Below, piece by piece: positions 9,724 to 17,532 of a stretch of 64,000 bases of DNA; within the stretch, counting starts at the first letter, position 1, and each line of letters begins with the position of its first letter. The stretch lies in assembly GCA_017546265.1 (NCBI GenBank), contig JAFYXG010000012.1:76973-140972 (forward strand), in the 5' to 3' direction. This DNA is from Alphaproteobacteria bacterium (GTDB taxonomy: Bacteria; Pseudomonadota; Alphaproteobacteria; Rs-D84). The position numbers and the translations under genes were made by a program. The notes beneath the pieces are model-generated. The model made no database searches and was not told where the DNA came from. It was given only the letters and a program-made list of their open reading frames with translations.

Positions 9724-10869
9724 ATGGCAAAACAAACACGTGTGGCAAATGCAAATATGATGACACTGTCAGAAAAGTTAGGACGCTTTTCTTGGGGGTT
9801 GTTCGTGCCTATGTGTATGGTGCTGGCTATATCTATTGTTGTGCTGTATTCGGCAGGAGGAGGAAACTGGAAACCGTTTGCGTTGTCTCAACTGATGAAG
9901 ATTATATTAGGATTTGGGGTATTCTTTGTCGCAGCGTTCACAAACATCAAGACTTGGATTAAATCTGCATACCTGATTTACGCAATCGCACTGATTATGA
10001 TTGTTTTGGTGACGTTTGTTGGACATACAGGTATGGGGGCTCAACGATGGCTGAACCTTGGGGTTATTCATATTCAACCGTCCGAACTGATTAAAATTGC
10101 GCTGGTGTTCGCGTTGGCACGATATTTCGCATGGTTTAATTCAGTAGAACTGTCACAGTTCAGAAACTATTTGATACCTATGATGATGCTGTTGGTCCCG
10201 TTCGGTTTAATCGTTGCACAGCCCGATTTAGGAACCGCCTTATCTCTGGGAATGATTACTGTTGGTATGTTCTATATTGTCGGTGCAAATAAAAAGTGGT
10301 TCATTATCGCAGCAGTACTGGGACTGATGGCAGCACCAGCTATATGGTACGGTGGACTGCACGACTATCAAAGAGGACGAATTATTACGCTGTTCAACCC
10401 AGAAAGTGATTTACAAGGGGCAGGCTATCAGATACATCAGGCAAAAATCGCTTTCGGCAGTGGTGGTATGACAGGTAAAGGTTATATGCAGGGGTCTCAA
10501 TCACAACAATCGTTCCTGCCAGAAAAACAAACTGACTTTATTTTCACTATGCTGGGCGAAGAGTTTGGTTTTATCGGTGCATTCGCATTGTTGATGATTT
10601 ATACTTGGATTGTAGTTCTGCTGTTCTGGACCGCAAAAAAATGCAGAAACAGATTTGGACAACTGATGTGCTTTGGTTTTATGTTGAACTTTTTTGTTTA
10701 TTACTTTATAAATATCTCGATGGTTTTGGGGTTACTGCCGACCGTAGGAGTGCCTTTGCCGCTGATGTCGTTCGGTGGCAGCAGTCTGTTATCTCTGATG
10801 TTCGGATTCGGTTTGTGCCAAAACGCATATATTCACAAAGACCAACAATTATCTGCAAAGGGGAGTTAA
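9724..10869 (+). CDS. rodA: peptidoglycan glycosyltransferase RodA (SEDS family)
   Basis: FtsW/RodA/SpoVE signatures: QPSELIKIALV, TDFIFTMLGEEFGFIG, GVPLPLMSFGGSS. Confidence 0.9.
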   Translation: MAKQTRVANANMMTLSEKLGRFSWGLFVPMCMVLAISIVVLYSAGGGNWKPFALSQLMKIILGFGVFFVAAFTNIKTWIKSAYLIYAIALIMIVLVTFVGHTGMGAQRWLNLGVIHIQPSELIKIALVFALARYFAWFNSVELSQFRNYLIPMMMLLVPFGLIVAQPDLGTALSLGMITVGMFYIVGANKKWFIIAAVLGLMAAPAIWYGGLHDYQRGRIITLFNPESDLQGAGYQIHQAKIAFGSGGMTGKGYMQGSQSQQSFLPEKQTDFIFTMLGEEFGFIGAFALLMIYTWIVVLLFWTAKKCRNRFGQLMCFGFMLNFFVYYFINISMVLGLLPTVGVPLPLMSFGGSSLLSLMFGFGLCQNAYIHKDQQLSAKGS

Positions 10870-10873
10870 GGAT

Positions 10874-13117
10874 ATGAATTTACTGATTGTGGAATCACCG
10901 TCCAAGGCAAAAACTATTGAAAAATATCTGGGAGCCGGTTGGCGGGTTATTGCATCTGTTGGTCATGTGCGGGATTTGGTCCCTGAAAACGGCAGTGTCG
11001 ATACTGAAAATAAATTCAAAATGAAATGGCAAATTATGCCAGGTAAAGAAAAACAAATTAAACTGATTACTGATGAATTAAAAAAGGCTGATGCAGTTTA
11101 TCTGGCAAGCGACCCTGACCGCGAAGGTGAAGCAATCGCATGGCATTTGCTGGATATTTTAAAAGCAAAAAAGTTATTAAAAGATAAAACTGTTTATCGT
11201 GTCGCATTCCATGAAATTACAAAAAAAGCCGTCCAGGCCGCAATCGAAACACCTCGAGAAATAGATAAAAATTTGGTGGATGCCTATTTGGTGCGGCGTG
11301 CGTTGGACTATCTTATCGGGTTCGGTATTTCACCACTGTTGTGGCGGCGTAATTTGGGAAAATCCGCAGGTCGTGTTCAGTCGGTGGCAGTTAAACTGGT
11401 CGTGGACCGGGAAAAAGAAATCGAAGAATTTAAACCTGTGGAATACTGGTCGTTGGAATCTGTGTGCACAGCGGAAAATACCGAATTCAAGGCAATGCTG
11501 AGTAAATTTGATGGGCAAAAACAAGAAAAATTGTCTATTCAAAACCAAGAACAAGTTGATAATATCTTGGACAAAATCGGAACACCCGTGTTAAACGCAA
11601 CAGTCGTTAATATAGATAAGAAAAAAACAAATCGTAAACCAGCCGCACCTTTTACAACTTCGACACTACAACAGGAAGCATCCCGTAAATTGTATTTTTC
11701 TTCAAAACGAACAATGAGTGCCGCACAACACCTGTATGAACAAGGTTTAATTACATATATGCGTACGGACGCAACAAATCTGAATGCGGATGCGGTCGCT
11801 GAAATCAGAAACTTTATCGCACGGGAATACGGTAATGATTTTCTGCCACAAAATCCAAACGTTTATGCAACAAAATCAAAAAATGCCCAAGAAGCACATG
11901 AAGCTATTCGTCCAACACACTTTGATGCACCTGCAAAAAATTTAAGCGGTGATGAAGCAAAATTGTATGAACTGATTTGGAAACGTACAATCGCATGCCA
12001 AATGAAAAATGCCGAGTTCGATTCTGTCGCAGCAGATATAGAAACAGAAAATAAAATCGCTGTTTTTCACGCAGTCGGTTCTACACGTACCTTTGACGGT
12101 TTTATGAAAGTATATACCGAAGATAAAGATGACGAAGAAGATAAAAAAGATACTAAATTACCTCCAATGAATGTCGGTGATGTAATTAAGATTACTGAAC
12201 TGATTCCTGAACAACATTTTACTCAGGCACCACCAAGATATACAGAAGCATCGCTGGTGAAAAAATTAGAAGAGTTGGGAATCGGACGTCCTTCTACGTA
12301 CGCAACAATTATGTCAACAATCGTTGACCGCGAATATGTCGAACAGGATAAACAAAGAAGATTCCATCCAACAAATGGTGGTTGGGTTATCGCTTCGTAC
12401 CTGAATAAGTATTTTACAGATTTGGTAGATGTGAACTTTACAGCAAAAACAGAAGATACACTGGACGATGTGTCAAATGGTAAACAAGATAAACTGACCG
12501 CGTTGGAAAATTTCTGGCGTCCAACTAATGAAATGATTGATGGAGCTCGCGGTATTAAAACGTCTGATATCATAGATGAAATAAACGATTTTATGCATAA
12601 ACATCTGTTCGCAGATGATAATGATAAATGTCCAGATTGTGGGGCAAAACTGGGAATTAAATTGTCTAAGTTTGGACCGTTTATCGGTTGCGAAAATTAC
12701 CCAAACTGTAAATATACAAAACAACTGGGAAAAGTTGATGCCGCAGCACAAGCCCAGGCCGCAGCCGCGGAAACACGGGTTAAATCTGATGCAGTGGAAC
12801 TGGGGGACGGAATCGAATTCCGGGTGGGAAAATTCGGACCATACGTCACAGATGGTGGAAAAAATGTCGCCGCAAAACAATATACCGCAGAAACAATAAC
12901 ACTGGAAATCGCACGCGAATTGCTGGCAAATGCAGGTAAAAAAGCAGAACCAATCAAAATCGGCGAAAACCCACAAACCAAAAAAATGATTTTCTTTTAC
13001 CCATCAGGAAAATTCGGTGCTTATATTTCTTCAAACCGAGTCAATGTTTCTGTAAAAAGTCAACCCGATTTAGAAACAGCAATTAAACTGATAAATAACA
13101 AGGCACAGAAAAAATAA
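10874..13117 (+). CDS. topA: DNA topoisomerase I
   Basis: Toprim N-terminus LLIVESPSKAKTIEKYLG, active-site region ITYMRTD, C-terminal zinc ribbon CPDCGAKL...CENYPNCKY. Confidence 0.9.
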   Translation: MNLLIVESPSKAKTIEKYLGAGWRVIASVGHVRDLVPENGSVDTENKFKMKWQIMPGKEKQIKLITDELKKADAVYLASDPDREGEAIAWHLLDILKAKKLLKDKTVYRVAFHEITKKAVQAAIETPREIDKNLVDAYLVRRALDYLIGFGISPLLWRRNLGKSAGRVQSVAVKLVVDREKEIEEFKPVEYWSLESVCTAENTEFKAMLSKFDGQKQEKLSIQNQEQVDNILDKIGTPVLNATVVNIDKKKTNRKPAAPFTTSTLQQEASRKLYFSSKRTMSAAQHLYEQGLITYMRTDATNLNADAVAEIRNFIAREYGNDFLPQNPNVYATKSKNAQEAHEAIRPTHFDAPAKNLSGDEAKLYELIWKRTIACQMKNAEFDSVAADIETENKIAVFHAVGSTRTFDGFMKVYTEDKDDEEDKKDTKLPPMNVGDVIKITELIPEQHFTQAPPRYTEASLVKKLEELGIGRPSTYATIMSTIVDREYVEQDKQRRFHPTNGGWVIASYLNKYFTDLVDVNFTAKTEDTLDDVSNGKQDKLTALENFWRPTNEMIDGARGIKTSDIIDEINDFMHKHLFADDNDKCPDCGAKLGIKLSKFGPFIGCENYPNCKYTKQLGKVDAAAQAQAAAAETRVKSDAVELGDGIEFRVGKFGPYVTDGGKNVAAKQYTAETITLEIARELLANAGKKAEPIKIGENPQTKKMIFFYPSGKFGAYISSNRVNVSVKSQPDLETAIKLINNKAQKK

Positions 13118-14739
13118 TGGCACTAAATAAACCAAACTTTTCCAATTTTACAGACGAACTTCGGGCACGACTGTCAATCGTGGACGTGGTGGGAAAACGG
13201 GTGCCTTTGACTAAAAAAGGTGACAGATTTTGGGGCTGCTGTCCATTTCATAATGAAAAAACACCAAGTTTTACAGTGGTAGAAGACAAGGGGTTTTATA
13301 AGTGCTTTGGATGTGGTGAAGGTGGCGATATTATCTCGTTCACTATGAAACTGAATAATATGGATTTTCGGGCCGCAATAGAAGAATTAGCTAATATGGC
13401 AGGTATGAAATTGCCAGACTATAAACCACGTGACCCAAATATTGTAAAACGTGAAGAGGCTTTGTTTGATATCTGCGAAAAAGCAACTAATACCTATCAA
13501 GAAAAATTATTTACACCAGATGGTGCGGTGGCACTGGAATATATTCGTAAACGTGGATTTACAGATGATATGATAAAAAAGTATCGTATCGGATATGCAC
13601 CAAAAAGTAATTTAATCGCAAATAAATATGCAGAATCAAAATGTTTGGTGGAGGCTGGACTGTGTCGCATCGGTGATTATGGACCATATGACTTTTTCCG
13701 CGACAGATTATTATTCCCACTGTTTAATGCAAATGGTCGGGTGGTGGCTTTTTCTGGACGATCATTAGATGGTACAGAACCAAAATACAAAAATACAACT
13801 GATACAGATATATTCCATAAAAGAAGAACTGTTTTTGGACTGAACTTTGCTCGCGATGCTATACACAGAGCAAATCGAAGCATCGTTGTCGAAGGACAAA
13901 TTGACGCAATTAAAATGCAAATGAATGGTTTCGGTGAAACAGTCGCACCACTGGGGACCGCGTTGACCGATGAACATATCGCAACACTGTGTAAACTGAA
14001 CAGAAATATAACTTTTTGTTTTGATGGAGATGGGGCAGGACAAAAGGCCGCTGCACGGGCATGCGGTATTATGATGCCGTTCCTGCGAGATACGTCCGAT
14101 GTCAGATTCGCTTTCGTCAGTGGTGGTAAAGACCCTGATGAAATACTGGAAAAAAATGGCGTGGACGCTATGAAAAAAATTATAGATGATGCAATCCCTT
14201 TGGTTGATTTTCTGTGGGAACTGGCAAATAAAAATTTCGTTGTCGCAACCCCAGGTGGTAAATTGCAGGCGGAAAAATTCTTGGATGCAGAACTGGATAA
14301 AATCGCAGACCAGGAATTGAAAAAGTTCTTTAAACAGGAATACGATAAACGAAAATTCCAGTCATGGCAAAGTTGGAAAAAAAACAAGGATGTTGTCAAA
14401 ATAAATCTGCCAGATATTGACGCGATTACAAAAAATACATTGATTTATATCGTGAATAATTTTCCAGAACTGGCGGAAAAATACTTGGAATTTTTAGGTA
14501 CATTAGGAATTGACTTTGATGGAAATACACCAGAATTAAATATGGATATGGCCGCCGCAGAAAAGTTTATCGTGTCTTTGAAACTGCACAGGTATTTAGA
14601 TAAACTGAATCTGCAAAAACGCGATTTAACAAACAGATGGATAAATACAGGTGATGATGCAATTCGTAATGAAATAAACAATATAAATTCTGAAATTGAA
14701 AAATTTACCGAAAAGTTAGAAGTACTGTTATCTATTTAA
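13117..14739 (+). CDS. dnaG: DNA primase
   Basis: Zinc finger CCPFHNEKTPSFTV...CFGCGEGGD; Toprim VVEGQIDAI...FDGDGAGQKAA. The ATG overlaps the topA stop. Confidence 0.9.
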   Translation: MALNKPNFSNFTDELRARLSIVDVVGKRVPLTKKGDRFWGCCPFHNEKTPSFTVVEDKGFYKCFGCGEGGDIISFTMKLNNMDFRAAIEELANMAGMKLPDYKPRDPNIVKREEALFDICEKATNTYQEKLFTPDGAVALEYIRKRGFTDDMIKKYRIGYAPKSNLIANKYAESKCLVEAGLCRIGDYGPYDFFRDRLLFPLFNANGRVVAFSGRSLDGTEPKYKNTTDTDIFHKRRTVFGLNFARDAIHRANRSIVVEGQIDAIKMQMNGFGETVAPLGTALTDEHIATLCKLNRNITFCFDGDGAGQKAAARACGIMMPFLRDTSDVRFAFVSGGKDPDEILEKNGVDAMKKIIDDAIPLVDFLWELANKNFVVATPGGKLQAEKFLDAELDKIADQELKKFFKQEYDKRKFQSWQSWKKNKDVVKINLPDIDAITKNTLIYIVNNFPELAEKYLEFLGTLGIDFDGNTPELNMDMAAAEKFIVSLKLHRYLDKLNLQKRDLTNRWINTGDDAIRNEINNINSEIEKFTEKLEVLLSI

Positions 14740-14744
14740 AAAAT

Positions 14745-14792
14745 TCCCGGCATTTTTGAACATTTTTATTAAAAAAGCCGGGATTTTTTTTG
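14745..14792 (+). terminator. candidate terminator after dnaG (long-loop hairpin)
   Basis: TCCCGGC ... GCCGGGA with an AT-rich 25-nt loop, followed by T8. Confidence 0.4.
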
Positions 14793-14836
14793 TTTTTTTA
14801 CAAAAGTCTATTCAGCAAAATATTTTTTAAAAACAC

Positions 14837-14871
14837 AAAAAAAAACACCGGCAAATACCGGTGTTTTTTAA
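14837..14871. terminator. bidirectional intrinsic terminator (dnaG/ychF convergent)
   Basis: A-run, ACACCGG-caaata-CCGGTGT, T-run. The stem is the same as at 2550-2569. Confidence 0.6.
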
Positions 14872-14884
14872 CATTTTTACTGTA

Positions 14885-15964
14885 TCATGTGTTAAACAGG
14901 AAATGACATATGTCGCCAGGCTGCATCACATAATCACGACCAACAAGACGCATTTTGCCTGCCTCTTTTACAGCAACCTCGCCACCAAGGGTGATGAAAT
15001 CTTCGGGGGATATAACCTCGGCACGGATAAATCCACGCTCGAAATCTGTGTGGATTTTGCCAGCAGCCTGGGGAGCAGTCATGCCAACCGTTATCGTCCA
15101 GGCATGTGCCTCTTTCGGGCCAATCGTATAATATGTTTGTAACCCCAATGTTTTATACCCTGTCTTAATAACCTGGTCCAAACCAGATTCCGTCAACCCC
15201 AAATCATCAAGAAACATTTTCCTTTCGTCTGGATCAACTATCTGAGATATCTCCATCTCTATCTTAGATGAAATTATCAATACATCGTTTGTGCTGCCAA
15301 ACTTTTCACGAACAAGGTCAGAATATTTGTTGCCTGCGGATGCTGATGCCTCGTCCACATTACAGACATAAATAACTGGTTTCGTTGTTAATAAATTAAA
15401 TGGTGTTGAATCAACTTCACCCAAACGGGCAGGTATCGATTTCTGCAAATTTTCACGAATTGTGTTCGCGTCCGACAATAATTTTATGGCTTCTTTGTCC
15501 AGTCCACGAGCCTTTTTTTCCAAATTCTTTATCTGCTTTTCTATGCTTTCCAAATCCGCCAGCATCAGTTCTGTTTCAATCGTTTCAATATCACCCAATG
15601 GGTCGATTTTACCGTGCACATGCACAATGTCGTCATTTTCAAAGCATCTTACAACATGGATTATCGCATCCGTTGATAATATATTGCCCAGGAATTTATT
15701 CCCCAGACCTTCGCCCGTTGATGCACCACGAACCAGACCAGCTATGTCCACAATTTCTAATTGCGTTGGTATTATCTTTTGCGCACCAGATACTGCCGCC
15801 AATTTATGCAGTGTCGCATCTGGAACAACAACACGCCCAGTGTTCGGTTCTATTGTACAAAACGGATAGTTCTGTGCATCCGCAGCCGCACTTTGTGTCA
15901 ATGCATTAAATAATGTTGATTTGCCAACGTTCGGTAAACCAACAATCCCACAGTTGAATCCCAT
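14885..15964 (-). CDS. ychF: ribosome-binding ATPase YchF
   Basis: MGFNCGIVGLPNVGKSTLFNALT P-loop; C-terminal TGS-like ...HFLFNT. I prefer the ATG at 15964 (AAGGA SD 8 nt upstream) over the TTG at 15970. Confidence 0.9.
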   Translation of the reverse strand: MGFNCGIVGLPNVGKSTLFNALTQSAAADAQNYPFCTIEPNTGRVVVPDATLHKLAAVSGAQKIIPTQLEIVDIAGLVRGASTGEGLGNKFLGNILSTDAIIHVVRCFENDDIVHVHGKIDPLGDIETIETELMLADLESIEKQIKNLEKKARGLDKEAIKLLSDANTIRENLQKSIPARLGEVDSTPFNLLTTKPVIYVCNVDEASASAGNKYSDLVREKFGSTNDVLIISSKIEMEISQIVDPDERKMFLDDLGLTESGLDQVIKTGYKTLGLQTYYTIGPKEAHAWTITVGMTAPQAAGKIHTDFERGFIRAEVISPEDFITLGGEVAVKEAGKMRLVGRDYVMQPGDICHFLFNT

Positions 15965-15991
15965 AATCAAATCCTTTATAATGCGAATAAT

Positions 15992-16663
15992 ATGTCATAC
16001 ATGTGGAACAAATTCAACATAAAAACAATGCCAGCAGAAACCATAGTTTTCTGCGATGGTAAGTATTGCCCTGAATTATCAACACTGGATTACAAACCAA
16101 TTATTAAAAATTACGATTTACCAGTGCACTTTATTTATGTCGGGGATTTATGTGGCAATAATAAGTTGGAAATAAATCTTGGGGCAGAAAATCAAATTGT
16201 AAAAGTCAGTGTAAATGTAAAAATAAATTCACCGGCTTTTTTAAACATTTTAATTAAAAATGCCGGGAAAAATTCAGAAATTTCAGGAACAGTTTTACTG
16301 GAAAATAATTCAGATTTAAAATATAACTGTGATATACACAATATGTACAAAAATACGGCAATTTTGATAAAAAATCGCGTTTTAGCCGGGAAAAACTCGA
16401 CAACAAAATTATCAGGTACTGCTATAATAGATGAGTACTGCCCTGATTGTGAATCTGACCTGGGGTTTGTGGTAATGGCAGACGATAATGCAAAAATGGA
16501 ATTTATGCCGGCACAAAAAATAAAGTCAGAACCAAAATCTGCAGAACATAGTGCCGCTATTTATAAACCAACAGATGCACAAGTGTTTTATTTGCGTGCC
16601 GCTGGTCTGTCAGGAACAGAAGTAGAGAACACTTTGAAAGAGGCATTTTTATCGTTTGATTAA
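15992..16663 (+). CDS. short SufB/SufD-family (beta-helix) protein, stand-alone
   Basis: The C-terminal half resembles the SufD core: ...LSGTAIID...MEFMPAQKIKSEPKSAEHSAAIYKPTDAQVFYLRAAGLSGTEVENTLKEAF (compare P.LeI..d.vkc.HgatvG.ld.eqlFYL.sRGi..). No sufB, sufC or sufS nearby. Confidence 0.5.
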   Translation: MSYMWNKFNIKTMPAETIVFCDGKYCPELSTLDYKPIIKNYDLPVHFIYVGDLCGNNKLEINLGAENQIVKVSVNVKINSPAFLNILIKNAGKNSEISGTVLLENNSDLKYNCDIHNMYKNTAILIKNRVLAGKNSTTKLSGTAIIDEYCPDCESDLGFVVMADDNAKMEFMPAQKIKSEPKSAEHSAAIYKPTDAQVFYLRAAGLSGTEVENTLKEAFLSFD

Positions 16664-16690
16664 ATCAATGTCTTTTTATAAATATTGGAA

Positions 16691-16729
16691 TAAAAAAAAA
16701 CCGGCGATTGCCGGTATTTTTTATTTTTT
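16691..16729. terminator. bidirectional intrinsic terminator (SufD-like gene/rpmJ convergent)
   Basis: A9, CCGGC-gatt-GCCGG, T-run. Overlaps the rpmJ 3' end. Confidence 0.6.
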
Positions 16730-16855
16730 CTTGAAACCCTGTTTCGCTTTGAATTTTGGATTATCTGGGTCAATCAAGATAACCTGCTTGCCACGGCGAA
16801 TTTGTTTTACGTTACCGCGTTTCTTCCAGGCCTTTAATGAACTTAAAAATTTCAT
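16721..16855 (-). CDS. rpmJ: 50S ribosomal protein L36 (cysteine-free form); too short for the ORF track
   Basis: Manual translation: MKFLSSLKAWKKRGNVKQIRRGKQVILIDPDNPKFKAKQGFKKK. This matches the L36 pattern MK..SLK....R......RRkGr.yvI.K.NPrFKArQG. Confidence 0.85.
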   Translation of the reverse strand: MKFLSSLKAWKKRGNVKQIRRGKQVILIDPDNPKFKAKQGFKKK

Positions 16856-16967
16856 ATCGTTATCCTTTTTACATGCCGATTATAAACATATTTTTCAAAA
16901 AATCAAATGTTATTGTATTTTTATTTTCTGTGAATGTTATATGCCTTGTTTTCAACACGTAAATTAA

Positions 16968-17215
16968 AAATCCCAGTTATTTATATTTATTGTAGTTGTT
17001 GTAGTAGGGATTGTTGAAATTGTTGAAAACCTTTTTAAACAAAATATCAACAAGTTTTTAACAAAAAAATCCCACCTTTCTGCGAAGTTTAGAAATATTG
17101 TTGAAAATTTTAGAAAGTTTTTAACATGTTAATAATTATCAAGTTTTCAACACTTTTAACATTTTTTTTATACAGACAGATTGTTCTTGTTGAAAACTGT
17201 TGAAATTGTTATAAT
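16968..17215. repeat. cluster of TGTTGAAA motifs (five direct exact, one inverted exact, three degenerate inverted) in the rpmJ/virB3 intergenic region
   Basis: Exact direct copies at 17012-19, 17021-28, 17099-106, 17188-95, 17198-205. Inverted exact copy at 17145-52. GTTTTTAACA variants at 17054-63 and 17117-26, and CTTTTAACA at 17153-61. TTTAGAAA flanks the central copy on both sides. Confidence 0.7.
17187..17215 (+). promoter_or_regulatory. candidate sigma70-type promoter for virB3-virB4
   Basis: TTGTTG (17187-92), 17-nt spacer, TATAAT (17210-15). The -35 overlaps a TGTTGAAA repeat. Confidence 0.35.
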
Positions 17216-17235
17216 TGTTAACAAGGACGAAGAGA

Positions 17236-17532
17236 ATGAAACAGCAAGTTTTAAAAGCACTGGCAAATCCATCACATATTTTTTATGTGCCATATTCTTT
17301 GGCAGTGTTGAACTTTTTAATACAATTCTTGATTTTTATTGCCGTTTTTGTCGTGTCTTTAATCGTCACAAAAGGCAGAAATCCAATAAACCCATTGTTC
17401 TTTTTGTTGTCCGTTATCCTTGTTCATTCTGTTATCGCAATTTTTTCAAAGCGTGACCCACAACTGGGGCAGATTGTGTCCGCAAAAATTCAGATGTTTA
17501 CTAAAAAAATACCAGGAAAGTTAGCCGCATGA
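17236..17532 (+). CDS. virB3: type IV secretion system protein VirB3/TrbD family
   Basis: LKALANPSHIFYVPYS (compare L..a.tRPa...GVP), two TM segments, then SKRDPQLGQIV. Overlaps the virB4 start. The ATG at 17236 has an AAGGA-like SD; the ORF track start at 17215 is an alternative. Confidence 0.7.
   Translation: MKQQVLKALANPSHIFYVPYSLAVLNFLIQFLIFIAVFVVSLIVTKGRNPINPLFFLLSVILVHSVIAIFSKRDPQLGQIVSAKIQMFTKKIPGKLAA

Noticed and set aside
13677-14399. A 240-aa ORF antisense to dnaG.
   Set aside because: It lies entirely within a well-supported primase gene and has an S/F/K-rich, unstructured-looking sequence typical of shadow frames.
16968-17235. I considered whether the AT-rich TGTTGAAA repeat region is a replication origin or an iteron array.
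   Set aside because: I saw no DnaA-box-like 9-mers (TTATCCACA family). The flanking genes are not typical oriC neighbours. The repeats overlap a good promoter for virB3, so a transcriptional operator is more parsimonious. Not formally excluded.
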